Origin: Candidatus Bathyarchaeia archaeon
GTDB taxonomy: Archaea > Thermoproteota > CALKCG01 > B24
NCBI GenBank assembly: GCA_038870975.1
Contig: JAVZJD010000002.1
Span: 416,001-480,000, forward strand
Reading direction: 5' to 3'
DNA: 64,000 nt
Below the pieces are notes generated by a model. The model had not been told where the DNA came from. It did no database searches and saw nothing but the letters and a program-made list of their open reading frames with translations. The translations under genes and the position numbers were made by a program. Below, in pieces: positions 19,348 to 29,543 of this stretch (position 1 is its first letter; every line of letters begins with the position of its first letter).

Positions 19348-20297
19348 AAGTTCCTCTATGGACTTCGTCCCTGATAAATCTAAGGGAGTCCATATTCAGA
19401 GGTTACATCGAGAATATTAGTCCATTGAGAATTGGCGCTGGTAAGGAGCCTCCCTTGAGTTCTCTTGTTGACTTAGCGATTATAAAAATTAGGTATGGTG
19501 GCTATGAAATCCCGTACATACCTGGGTCTAGTTTGAAGGGTTTGTTCAGGAGTCAAGCCGGAAAGATGGCTACGTCCCTGGGTTTGAGTGTATGTAATGG
19601 GCTCGCCAAGGACAACTGCGTGGACGTCAAAAGAGTCACCATCAGAGGTAGAGAGTACGTTTTGAGGGATTTAATCGATGAGTGTATGCGAGATAGACGT
19701 TCTTCAGAAGCCATGGAGTATTTCTTTAATAACGCATGCATTATCTGTAGGATATTTGGCTCGATTATGTATAGGAGCAAAGTTATTTTCTCAGACGCAT
19801 ATCCCATCGATGAAGACGGCAATTTACTTCCATTTAAATTAGGCTCTAGAACTGGAATCGCAATAGATAGGAGGACCGGGGCTGTGGTTAGGGGGGCATT
19901 ATACGAAGTAGAGTACATTGAGCCCGGATGCAGGTTTAAGTTTGAGGTCAGATGCCACAATTTACCGAATTACGCCCTCGGGTTGTTATCGTCTATAATT
20001 AGAATGATAGATAGTGGTGAAATCAAAATTGGGGGATTTACGTCTAGAGGCTATGGCTCTGTGAAAATCAAAAAATTAGAGGCGTTCGTGAAGAGTTTTG
20101 GCCCAGGTAAGGAGAATAAAGTTTTATCATCCCTCGAACAAAACATCGACGAAGGGGTCGACGTATCGGATATCTCCGAATTTAAAGATGGATTGTTGTA
20201 CTTCTCAGAAAATAACGTTTGGAAATTGATCGATAGGTTAGAGGGGGTTTGGTATGGTGCGACGAGTAGAATTAAGAGTCGTGAGAGAAAAGCCTAG
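19344..20297 (+). CDS. Type III RAMP, Cas7/Csm3 (Csx7-like) group
   Basis: SPLRIGAG, IPGSSLKG, CIICRIFG, IGGFTSRGYG. Confidence 0.9.
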   Translation: MKVPLWTSSLINLRESIFRGYIENISPLRIGAGKEPPLSSLVDLAIIKIRYGGYEIPYIPGSSLKGLFRSQAGKMATSLGLSVCNGLAKDNCVDVKRVTIRGREYVLRDLIDECMRDRRSSEAMEYFFNNACIICRIFGSIMYRSKVIFSDAYPIDEDGNLLPFKLGSRTGIAIDRRTGAVVRGALYEVEYIEPGCRFKFEVRCHNLPNYALGLLSSIIRMIDSGEIKIGGFTSRGYGSVKIKKLEAFVKSFGPGKENKVLSSLEQNIDEGVDVSDISEFKDGLLYFSENNVWKLIDRLEGVWYGATSRIKSRERKA

Positions 20298-21219
20298 AGA
20301 CAGAAGCTCGTTCAGAGATTTATGCGGGTTTCTCGATGTTAGTATAGTTGTCGACGATGGTTCGTATTTACACGTCGGTGCTGGTAGGGAGGTGTTTGAA
20401 GCAGACGTTGAAAAACTTAAGGAGTTATACGTAAAAAGGGGAATTATCGATATAAGCCTCCTGAGGGGCACGGAGTATCAAGATTTTGCATCTACATCGA
20501 GAGGTGTCGTCATACCTGGGTCATCGGTCAAGGGCAACGTCAGAGCTAAATTGGAGTTAAGCTTTCACAATTTCCAAGGTAGTGTTAGGTCTTGCTTCAT
20601 TAAAGCTGGCATCATAAGGGGAATCTCCATCGGTACTAGCGGATGGAGGCATCAGAGGGTTTGGAGTGAAACGGTATTCGAGGACAGAGGTTTTCCATGC
20701 GACTTCACGAGGATCGGCAGCGTTTGCCTTTTGTGCGACTTATTTGGAACATCTGGATTAAAGGGTTTAATCGATTTCAGCGACTTCGTATGCCCCGACG
20801 TCAAACTAGAGGCCCTCAATCTGCCCTATGGAATTAAAGTCCGCGCGGCTCCCCCGGGGACTACTTTCAACGGAAGGATAGATTTCACGAATTTGAAGGA
20901 TTACGAATTGGGTTTACTCCTCCTCGGCATGGGAATCATGAATAGTAGGATTGGTAGGAGCGTTATTCTGGGTAGATTTAAGTATAGGAGTTTAATTGGA
21001 GGAAAAAGGTTTGGCAGAGTCAGGTACAGGATTAATGGACTCATGTTAAACAGATTTTCAACTGAGCTTTCAGTAGGGTCCTTGCACATAAGGCCTGAAA
21101 CGACAATTTTGGATGAAGGGATCGACGAACTCTGCAAGCTCCTAGTCGACTCCTCATCGGAGCATTTTAAAAATGAAATCAAAATAGTAGACGAGGTTGG
21201 AATTCTTGATGGACTTTAA
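20254..21219 (+). CDS. Type III RAMP, Cas7 group (Csm5-like)
   Basis: LHVGAG, IPGSSVKG, CLLCDLFG, LGRFKY...FGRV. Confidence 0.85.
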   Translation: MVRRVELRVVREKPRDRSSFRDLCGFLDVSIVVDDGSYLHVGAGREVFEADVEKLKELYVKRGIIDISLLRGTEYQDFASTSRGVVIPGSSVKGNVRAKLELSFHNFQGSVRSCFIKAGIIRGISIGTSGWRHQRVWSETVFEDRGFPCDFTRIGSVCLLCDLFGTSGLKGLIDFSDFVCPDVKLEALNLPYGIKVRAAPPGTTFNGRIDFTNLKDYELGLLLLGMGIMNSRIGRSVILGRFKYRSLIGGKRFGRVRYRINGLMLNRFSTELSVGSLHIRPETTILDEGIDELCKLLVDSSSEHFKNEIKIVDEVGILDGL

Positions 21220-24022
21220 AGGATTTAAGTTCGAAGAACCATATCCTATATTCAAAGCTTACGTCATCCCTTACAGAGACGAAAAAACTATAATTGAGTA
21301 CTGTAGGAGGGTAAAGGCCGAAGACGTAGAGTTATTCAAAGAGGTCCTCGAGGGTTTAAAGAGGTTCTTATCGAAAATGCTTAATTTGAACAACGTTAAG
21401 TCGTTTGATGAAGTCAGAAGGCTTGAGTTGATCGCAGACTTAATACCACTGTACTTTAGAATTCCACTGCTGAGAGAAGTATTACCATCAACTATGCCGA
21501 GCCCATTGAAGACATATTTATTGTACAGGACTCACTATGTCCAATCATCCCACGAAAAAGCAGTGGTGTTTGATGTTGATCCAGTTGACTTCATCGAGTG
21601 GGTCTACGAGAAAAAAGAACGTTTAAATTTCGTTGAAGAGATATCCAGCGTTTTAAGCGATCCAAGTCTATCTAATAAAATTGAGAAGTCGTGGTTCATT
21701 TTTCCATCTGATACTAGACCGGGCTTTAATACGTCAGGTTTAATAACGCATTTGCTTGTTACTTCAGCCATAGCTTGGAGTCTAGGCGTGAATAAGGAGT
21801 TAAATAGGCGCGATATCGCAATACTTAGGTTGGCCGCGCTTTTGCACGACGTTGGAAAACCATTCAACTACAGGATGCACGTTGAACTTTCAAAAAGCGT
21901 TGCTGAAGTCCTATTGAAGGGCTTTATCTCGAGCGAAATATTGGACGATGTAGTTAGCATTATAAGCAATCATCATAAACCTGAGTCTGTGGATATATGT
22001 CCTAAACTTAGGAAAATTTTAGAAATTTTAAATGTGGCAGATCAAAGGGCTTCGACCATCGATAGGATAAGACACGTTGTTGAAAGTTACATTAAAAGCG
22101 ACATATTGGATATCTCTGAAAAGTTGGGCTTAAACTACGACCACGCTTTCGAAGTTGGAGCCAAGGGCTGGGACTTTTGGTTCAAGGCTTCTGAGAAGAT
22201 TGAGGAGTTGAATGTAAAGTTTCTTGACCGCTTGCGTAGTGCCACCGATGGTTTTAAATCTCAGTTAAAGCCCATTGGAGAATTTAAAGCAGTAGATTAT
22301 AGGGATACCTCTATTGGTGTAATCGACGTCGCAGGCATACAAAACTACATATCTAGGGCTCAAGAGGTTAAGGTCGTAAGCGCCGCGAGCTTGTTAATAG
22401 ATGGAGTTGTAACGTCGTATATTCCATTGTACATGCAACTGATGGTCGAGCGATCTAATGTCTGGGTTCCGTATGAAGCATTCTTGTACACCGCTGGCGG
22501 AGTCGTCGAATTAATCTTCCCATCGTTATTGAGCTCTAAGTTCGAGGAGCTTATTGGGAAATCGTTAAACGAGGTTCTCTCAAAGTGTAAATTACGCGTC
22601 AATTTTGCACACGTGTATGTAAGTAACGACGTTTACTCCATGGTGAAGAATTTGGCGAACGAACTTCACTTGAGGAAAAACACGGTTTCTGAGGATGTTG
22701 TGACCATCGATAGGATTAGTGGCGTTGTAGGCTATGATAATTTGTGTGAGTTATGTTACATCGATGAATATGTTGAATCGTTGCGTACAGCTGAAGGCGT
22801 AAAGAGGCTCTGCAAAACGTGTAAGTCATTGTACGAGTTGGGCGAGAGAATAAGCTTTAGAAAGAGGTTTGAAGAGGCCAACTTTACGGTTTTGGGCGAT
22901 ACTTTCAATATTAAGGAAGTGTTTGGAGTAAATTGGGACTTCGTGAGCAAGTACGTCGTTGAATTGATCTCTGGTCACGACGGGGGCGAACTCAGGGAAT
23001 TAGAAGAGGGGCGCGTCAAGAGGAGGAATGTCGCTGTGGTCAAAGTTGATGGTAACCTCATGGGACCTTTTATGGCAACGTCGATTTCACTGACGGACAT
23101 GTACGAAAGGAGCGCGAGAATAGATATTGCTTTGAAGGATGCCTTTAGCAAAGCTCTGTCGGTAATATATGAAGGTGTAAATAAAACTACAGGGGATAAA
23201 GGGGAGGCCGCCAAGTATTGCGCATCGGTGCTACTGGGAACTCTGTACATTGGTGGGGATGACTGCCTGGTCGTAATGCCTTCATGGGCTTCGCCGATTT
23301 TCGCGTGGATCATCGGCAATGAATTTAGATTGAACATGGGTAATGCCAGAGGTTTGGGCATAGGCGTTGCGGTGGGTTCGGCAAAAGCCAATCTGTGGAG
23401 CTTAATCTCCGCCGCGGACAAACTGATGAATGGGGCCAAGGGGTTCACCAGGGATAGACCCGAGTATAGTGCACTGATGTACGACGTTTCTGAGAATGTA
23501 TCGTTAAACGGGTTAATCGTCGAAGAGAGGTTGAGGTATCTTGAGGGTGAGGGTGTTACAGTTCAACCATTCATATTGGCATCAGATGGAGATGCATTTA
23601 TGGATTACGTTAAGTCGATCTTCGACGCATCAAATTACCATGAGTTTGCGGAGAAGTGCTATCTCGCGTCAAGGTTCTCCGAACGTTTAGATGGAGGATT
23701 AAAGACGAGGGCACGCGAGGTTCAAGAGTGGATGAAGAAAATCAGGGCCAACATCATGGAGTGTATTAATAGAGTGAATAGTTTATTCATAATTAGCGAG
23801 GGGCCGCCGATATTGAAGTGGTTCCTAGTCAAATTCTACGCTCAAAGGCAACTTAGTAGATTGAACGACCCGAAGAACAAGAAGGCGTATGGCGTCGTTT
23901 TTGAGCTAGGTCCAAAGAAGAGCTTGGCAGACTTTCTAAAGGGCGACGTAAGACGTATAGACAATTCATCTTATTCTGACGCCGACAGAATGATTAAAAT
24001 TGTCGGGGGTGGCGTCATTTGA
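21197..24022 (+). CDS. cas10: Cas10 (HD nuclease plus Palm domains)
   Basis: THLL...LLHDVGK...NHH...AD HD motifs; CELC/CKTC Zn finger; KVDGNLMG; YIGGDD. Confidence 0.95.
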   Translation: MEFLMDFKGFKFEEPYPIFKAYVIPYRDEKTIIEYCRRVKAEDVELFKEVLEGLKRFLSKMLNLNNVKSFDEVRRLELIADLIPLYFRIPLLREVLPSTMPSPLKTYLLYRTHYVQSSHEKAVVFDVDPVDFIEWVYEKKERLNFVEEISSVLSDPSLSNKIEKSWFIFPSDTRPGFNTSGLITHLLVTSAIAWSLGVNKELNRRDIAILRLAALLHDVGKPFNYRMHVELSKSVAEVLLKGFISSEILDDVVSIISNHHKPESVDICPKLRKILEILNVADQRASTIDRIRHVVESYIKSDILDISEKLGLNYDHAFEVGAKGWDFWFKASEKIEELNVKFLDRLRSATDGFKSQLKPIGEFKAVDYRDTSIGVIDVAGIQNYISRAQEVKVVSAASLLIDGVVTSYIPLYMQLMVERSNVWVPYEAFLYTAGGVVELIFPSLLSSKFEELIGKSLNEVLSKCKLRVNFAHVYVSNDVYSMVKNLANELHLRKNTVSEDVVTIDRISGVVGYDNLCELCYIDEYVESLRTAEGVKRLCKTCKSLYELGERISFRKRFEEANFTVLGDTFNIKEVFGVNWDFVSKYVVELISGHDGGELRELEEGRVKRRNVAVVKVDGNLMGPFMATSISLTDMYERSARIDIALKDAFSKALSVIYEGVNKTTGDKGEAAKYCASVLLGTLYIGGDDCLVVMPSWASPIFAWIIGNEFRLNMGNARGLGIGVAVGSAKANLWSLISAADKLMNGAKGFTRDRPEYSALMYDVSENVSLNGLIVEERLRYLEGEGVTVQPFILASDGDAFMDYVKSIFDASNYHEFAEKCYLASRFSERLDGGLKTRAREVQEWMKKIRANIMECINRVNSLFIISEGPPILKWFLVKFYAQRQLSRLNDPKNKKAYGVVFELGPKKSLADFLKGDVRRIDNSSYSDADRMIKIVGGGVI

Positions 24023-24696
24023 GTAGAGTTAAGTTTAAAGTCAGAGTAAAGCCCGTAGGCTTATTGTCCATTGGCTCCATATACTCATCGTTCGCGAGCT
24101 CTGATGTAGCATTTGCTAGAAAACCCTCCATGGAGGGTGGCAAGAGTGTGTACAAGCATTATATCCCGGGGTCCAGCTTTAAGGGGGCTTTGAGGTCCTC
24201 TACCTGTAGGATCGCTGAAGTCTTTGGGTTTAAGAGTTGTAGTGAGGTTGATGTCGGGATGATCGAAAAAGCTCACAGTAGAAATGGCATATGCGATGTA
24301 TGTAGACTCTTCGGTTACCCAAAGTCTAACACTCCAAGTGTACTGAGCGTTTCAGACTTCGAACTTCAAGGCTACGCTAAGCCCTACGTAATTACCGGGA
24401 TAAGAATTGAAGACGAGAGCGGTAAAGTCGCTGAAGGCGCTCTATTTAGCACGGAAAAGTTATACGGATCCGAGTTCCTAGGTGAAATATCGTTGACCAC
24501 CGACGACGTAAATTTAATTGGGCTTACGTTGCTTTCGCTCTCTGAATTGAGGTTGGATTGTTTTGGTAGGCGTTCGCAAATCGACTTGAAGATAGAGGAT
24601 ACTGAAGGACTTGAACGGCTTTTGAAGGGTTCGAAGTGGATCTCATTGTTGGATGAATTGAAGGAGTGGTTGTACGATGAGATTTTGCAAGATTGA
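24019..24696 (+). CDS. Type III RAMP, Cas7 group
   Basis: IPGSSFKGALR, CDVCRLFG, TGIRI. Confidence 0.9.
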   Translation: MSRVKFKVRVKPVGLLSIGSIYSSFASSDVAFARKPSMEGGKSVYKHYIPGSSFKGALRSSTCRIAEVFGFKSCSEVDVGMIEKAHSRNGICDVCRLFGYPKSNTPSVLSVSDFELQGYAKPYVITGIRIEDESGKVAEGALFSTEKLYGSEFLGEISLTTDDVNLIGLTLLSLSELRLDCFGRRSQIDLKIEDTEGLERLLKGSKWISLLDELKEWLYDEILQD

Positions 24697-25813
24697 AATT
24701 AAATTAAATTCCCCGACGATTCTTCCAAAGAAGAGGGTTGAGAGGGGCTACAAGGGTTGCTTAGATTACATTCCCTCAACTACGTTAAGGGGCTCGCTTT
24801 TAACATCCCTATACTTGAATGGATACGTGAAACTCGATAAAGTCAAGGAGTTAGCTAGGAGTTTTGGAGTCTTTGCTTCAAACGCTTATCCAGTTATAGA
24901 GAATAAAGAGTCCCAACCATCACATCCATTCATGTATGAGTGCAAAGTCCCGCACGGGAAAAAGTACGAAAGGGTGAACTTCATAAATGAAGTTGTTGAT
25001 AAGCTTAGATCCCATGAGAAAACCCTATTCAAATTCGAGTGTAGTAAGGGTCATTCGGCATTAAGTTACGTGCATCCAAAACCGGTGATATTGCTAAATT
25101 ACGAAGGAGAAATGTTTAAAGTAGCGTCAGTAAGGGCTCAGTCTACGATATCCACTGCCATAAGTAAGCGTAGAGCTTCAAGCCAGAGTGGAATGTTATA
25201 CGAATACGACTTCATGATAGAGGGACAGAGGTTTTGGAGTTACATCGGCATTTCCGACGAATTGAGTAAATACGTTGAGAAGGGGTTGGAACTTAAGATT
25301 GGAAGGGGCGTATCCAGAGGATTTGGGAGTTCGCGCATAGAGAATGTTGAGGAGATATCGTTAAGTGAGCGTAGAGAGAGGATCGAATCAGAGGTCGATT
25401 TGCGTGGCAAAACTGTCTTATTTTACGCGCAATCACCGTTATTGGGTTTCGACGGTTTCGTAAATTACACTCCGTATCCAAAGAACATAGAGTTGAACAG
25501 CGTACTAAAAGTATGTGGGTTCAACGTCTATAATGCCGGGAGTATAACCGTAAGTGAAGTTTACGCTAAAACTAGAGCTCTACACGGTGGTTGGGATATG
25601 GATATGAACGTTAGAAGACCAGTCTTTACGGGCGTAGCTTCCGAAGGAGCTATTGCAGTTGGGCGTGTAAACGTTAAACAAGACACCGTCACGGCATTGG
25701 CTCTACTATCCATAGTCGGTTACCCAATTAAGGTAGATGGATATGTCTTCACGGGCTTAAACATTCTAACGCCGTTGCAAATCCAACCAATAAGTGGGGG
25801 TGGAAGAAATTGA
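24677..25813 (+). CDS. Type III RAMP, Cas5 group (Csx10/Csm4-like)
   Basis: LDYIPSTTLRGSL, SNAYP, IGRGVSRGFG, GGWD. Confidence 0.85.
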   Translation: MRFCKIEIKLNSPTILPKKRVERGYKGCLDYIPSTTLRGSLLTSLYLNGYVKLDKVKELARSFGVFASNAYPVIENKESQPSHPFMYECKVPHGKKYERVNFINEVVDKLRSHEKTLFKFECSKGHSALSYVHPKPVILLNYEGEMFKVASVRAQSTISTAISKRRASSQSGMLYEYDFMIEGQRFWSYIGISDELSKYVEKGLELKIGRGVSRGFGSSRIENVEEISLSERRERIESEVDLRGKTVLFYAQSPLLGFDGFVNYTPYPKNIELNSVLKVCGFNVYNAGSITVSEVYAKTRALHGGWDMDMNVRRPVFTGVASEGAIAVGRVNVKQDTVTALALLSIVGYPIKVDGYVFTGLNILTPLQIQPISGGGRN

Positions 25814-26736
25814 TTTTGCAACTCGACTCGGTGTGCAACAAAATAGTCGGGCTATTGACTTTTGGCGTCGAAACACCGATACACGTAGGTGCGGGTGGCG
25901 TTGAAGTAAGGAGGAGCTTCTTAAAGGTTGAAGACCGCTTAGTGATACCTTCATCGACTTGGAAGGGCGCTTTTAGATCAATGTCAGAGAGGATAGCGAA
26001 GAACATGAAGTTCAACGGAGTATCATCACTATCGGTTAAATTCTACCGCGAGACTACAAGGGGGATAAGTTATTCACCCGCAAACTATAAAGATGCCGAA
26101 TTCGTAAACCTAAGGAACGAATTGATTAGCGTACACAAAGGTTTAAAACCAGAAGCGTTGGGGATCAGTAGAGGAGACGTAGACATAGCGATACGTGAAT
26201 TAGGGTTTTCCGAAGAAGTAGAGAAGTTGAACGGTTACGACGAAACCACGTGGAACTGGTTTACGGAGGCACTCTTAGCAGTAAACTGCCCAATAGGGAG
26301 ACTGTATGGTAATAACTACGTGGCGGCAAAAGTCAGGTTCGTGGATACGGTCATCAAAGGAAGGACTAGTGAGAGGGCTGGAATTGGAATAAATAGGAGG
26401 GCGTTGAAAGTAGAAGAAGAGTTCCTCTACTTTATGGAAGCCCTAAGCGAAAGCGACGTAAAACTGATGTTCATAGCGTGCAATCTGAAACCCGGAGAAG
26501 GGGATTCAAAATTATTTGCATCGACATTACAGTACGTGAGAGAGATGGGGATGTCGATCGGAGGGTCGAAAAGCAGGGGATTGGGACATCTAACGATAAA
26601 AGGAGCAAAGATATTCATAATTGACTTAACTACAGGAAGCCTAGATGATAAAATGCTAAGGATAGTAAATCCATTTAAACACGTACCGCCGACTGACCTT
26701 GAGGGGCTGATAAAGTGGCTACGAGGTTGGAACTAA
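25810..26736 (+). CDS. Type III RAMP, Cas7 group
   Basis: TPIHVGAG, IPSSTWKGAFR, CPIGRLYG, IGGSKSRGLG. Confidence 0.9.
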   Translation: MILQLDSVCNKIVGLLTFGVETPIHVGAGGVEVRRSFLKVEDRLVIPSSTWKGAFRSMSERIAKNMKFNGVSSLSVKFYRETTRGISYSPANYKDAEFVNLRNELISVHKGLKPEALGISRGDVDIAIRELGFSEEVEKLNGYDETTWNWFTEALLAVNCPIGRLYGNNYVAAKVRFVDTVIKGRTSERAGIGINRRALKVEEEFLYFMEALSESDVKLMFIACNLKPGEGDSKLFASTLQYVREMGMSIGGSKSRGLGHLTIKGAKIFIIDLTTGSLDDKMLRIVNPFKHVPPTDLEGLIKWLRGWN

Positions 26737-28043
26737 ATCCTTACGTACTCTTCATAGATACGTTTTTGGACTGCATATACATAGAAGCTGGTATATGCGA
26801 CGAAGTGAATAAAAGAGTTGCACGTCACATATTAGGTGACTATTTAGCCAGTATTTACGAAGAAGTTAGCAAAGGTATAACTCCTGAAGAGTTTAAGATA
26901 ATCAAAAATATAGGATTTGACGAAAAACGTGTAATATATTACGATTTGCTCGATGGAATAGTCAAAGATCTTTCGACTCGCCTTGTCAATCTGATAGAAG
27001 AATTAAGAGCGTTCGAGAAAATTGAAATTGAAAGAACAACTCTTAAGGAATTATCTCACATATTAGAAAACTCTTTCAAAAATAAAATTAAAGAAATATT
27101 TAAGAAACTGGCCAAGTTTGAGGAAGAATCTAATGAAGTTATGAAAAAATCAAAAGCGAATTTTTCAGCCGTCCAGATTCTAAAGTTCTTGTTTAATGAA
27201 GCTTATATTTATTCTCGTCAGTATGATGTAGTATTATGCGCAAGCAAAGATAATATTGGAGGAAGACCGTTATATACTTTCTACTTGGCATTTTCAAATG
27301 AAATCTTACATCAAAATATTGATGAAAGGAGTATCATTGAACCTCTATTAAAAGTGAATTTATCTGATATAAAATATAAAGAATATAAAGAAGATGAATA
27401 TTATGCTAAAGATTTTTTAAAGGCCGCAAAGTTACTTTTAAGCAAGGATAAAGAAAAAATTAAGGATATGACTAATCTAATAATGAAATCTATCTCAAAA
27501 GATGGTAAAGTTGTAGAGGCTATTGAGAAAGTAATTAGTGTTGTGAAACAAGTAGTTAGTAAAATGGATAGTAATGAAAAAATGTTAGATTTAATTTTCT
27601 TAGATTTTTTAATAAATTACCTATTTAAAGGGCATCTTATTTTTGAAGTACTAATATACACCAGGCTCATTAAAAATGGAATTTTGGCTTTACCCAAAGT
27701 TGAAATATATGAAATTTCGGAGGAAGATAGGAAAGATTTAAAAGGAAATGTGCAAAGAGCGGAGCAGATTTGTGAGTGTGACGCCGTGGCTTTATTTGGT
27801 CCTGAAGATAACATGAAGTTGATGTTGATTGAGGTCACTACTAGAGATTTCCTGGACAATAAGGTAGGAAAAATAAAAGAATCTATTGATGTGCTTAAAA
27901 GTTGTGTAGGTGATAGACTGGATGTTTATGGGCTGATTATAGCTGATAAGCGATGCGACGTAACACCACCTCTTTACTTGATGACATTTGAAGAATTTTT
28001 AAAGGCGTCTAGTCACGACCTTTTAAATTTAAGAGGATCTTAA
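26715..28043 (+). CDS. Hypothetical type III-associated protein with C-terminal PD-(D/E)XK-like nuclease domain
   Basis: Overlaps last RAMP gene; KGHLIFEVLIY...ECDAV...LMLIEVTT; visibly AT-rich. Confidence 0.7.
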   Translation: MATRLELNPYVLFIDTFLDCIYIEAGICDEVNKRVARHILGDYLASIYEEVSKGITPEEFKIIKNIGFDEKRVIYYDLLDGIVKDLSTRLVNLIEELRAFEKIEIERTTLKELSHILENSFKNKIKEIFKKLAKFEEESNEVMKKSKANFSAVQILKFLFNEAYIYSRQYDVVLCASKDNIGGRPLYTFYLAFSNEILHQNIDERSIIEPLLKVNLSDIKYKEYKEDEYYAKDFLKAAKLLLSKDKEKIKDMTNLIMKSISKDGKVVEAIEKVISVVKQVVSKMDSNEKMLDLIFLDFLINYLFKGHLIFEVLIYTRLIKNGILALPKVEIYEISEEDRKDLKGNVQRAEQICECDAVALFGPEDNMKLMLIEVTTRDFLDNKVGKIKESIDVLKSCVGDRLDVYGLIIADKRCDVTPPLYLMTFEEFLKASSHDLLNLRGS

Positions 28044-28754
28044 GAAGAATTTTTAGCGCCGAATAAAGTTTAGCTTTTTAGAGGATTCTACGCGAAGTCA
28101 TTTTAGGATTTTTAACATAACTTGGGGATGGAAGTTCATAATCGTCCTGCTTTCTATTACGGATAGTGCAAGGCCACGGTTACGTAATACTTATTTATCG
28201 CGTCAAATACTGTCATGGCTTTTACTAGACGTGCAACTGCTTAAACGATCGAGCACCTCAATTGCTTCTATTGAAATATCTATACGCATTTTCGACTGCT
28301 TGGACGAATTCTCAGGTTTTATCGATTATGTCGATCTTAAATTAAGGGCTATTGCATTGCTTTTGAATATAAGTCGATCAAAACTTCCTTTTAATTTGAA
28401 TGCTCGATTTTTGTCCACACTGTTTTAATATATAAGATTTTATTCATCAATTTTTAATTCATAAGAAAATTCACTTAACTTGCACTGCTTCGTCCATATC
28501 TTTTTAAGAACATACAAGTATAAGTGGGTGAAGGCTGTGCTGTATGTTATTCACCAAGAATAGGGATGCAGAGTGGGATGGTTGTGAGTACAAGGTCATC
28601 TAGGATGCGATGGAGAGTTTGTCGAAGACTGCTTCACGTAAACAATGCCAAAAGTAAATCCTCCTCTTTCTCCTTACACTCCATCAACTCACATTATGTA
28701 GTAAGGGAGGAAAAGACTTAATTTGGCTCAATTATCAAGGAAGATCGCTCACAT

Positions 28755-29444
28755 CTATCTCTTTCCTTGGATCTTAGATAATTCTTCTGCTTCTCTGAGT
28801 ACGGCTAAGAGCCATTTGCGCGTCTTCGCGGACATTCTTTTAATTAGTTTATCGAGAGCATGGATATTTGACTCGCCCAATTCTAAAGCCTCGATCACCT
28901 GGTCTATGTGCCAGGGGATGGCGAATACGGGGAATTCTACGAGGCGACGCTTTTCAGCTGGCGGATGTAAAACGAGCTTTCTTCTATCCATAGGAAGTTC
29001 AAGTAGCTTAGTGACCTCTCCATCTCTTTCAAGTTCTGGGTCTGTGAGTATGTGTAGAATGCTCCTCACGCCGTAGAGTTGACCGAGTAAGGCCATAACG
29101 GCGGACATAGTCTTCCTGCCGCCAGCGAGACTGATGTATACGTCGTTTCCAGCGCGAACCTCCCTAGCTATAACGCAACCAACTTTTCTCGCGAATTCAG
29201 CGTTATCGTCCTCATCATATATGTCGCTACTCTTTATGTATATCTCCGCATCTCTCAACTCCACATCCGGATACCTTTCTCGAAAGTCTTCTCTTAGCAG
29301 AGGTATGCATTTCTCCCATATTATTGGGTCGCTCGTCGTAGCGAGGTAAACGCGACTCGATTTTCTACCAGTATCATTAAGTGCATCGATTGTGCTCGTG
29401 ACGACCCCGGGGGACCTCCCTAGAGATGCTATGAGGACCAACAT
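28755..29444 (-). CDS. Stand-alone CARF protein (NE0113/Csx14-like), probable ring nuclease
   Basis: IASLGRSPGVVT and ISLAGGRKTMS CARF motifs; no HEPN RxxxxH tail seen. Confidence 0.85.
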   Translation of the reverse strand: MLVLIASLGRSPGVVTSTIDALNDTGRKSSRVYLATTSDPIIWEKCIPLLREDFRERYPDVELRDAEIYIKSSDIYDEDDNAEFARKVGCVIAREVRAGNDVYISLAGGRKTMSAVMALLGQLYGVRSILHILTDPELERDGEVTKLLELPMDRRKLVLHPPAEKRRLVEFPVFAIPWHIDQVIEALELGESNIHALDKLIKRMSAKTRKWLLAVLREAEELSKIQGKR

Positions 29445-29543
29445 AGCACTTAAGTATGCTCAGTTGAAGGCTTTAAATTTTTCCGTTGAGCTCGACGTTA
29501 TTTCAAACAGAAACAAGGTAGGGGAACGCTTTACCGAGGGTCG

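Noticed and set aside
28220-28280. Repeat-like words (TAGACGTGCAAC, ATTGAAA) suggesting an orphan repeat or mini-array
   Set aside because: Too degenerate and wrongly spaced to call.
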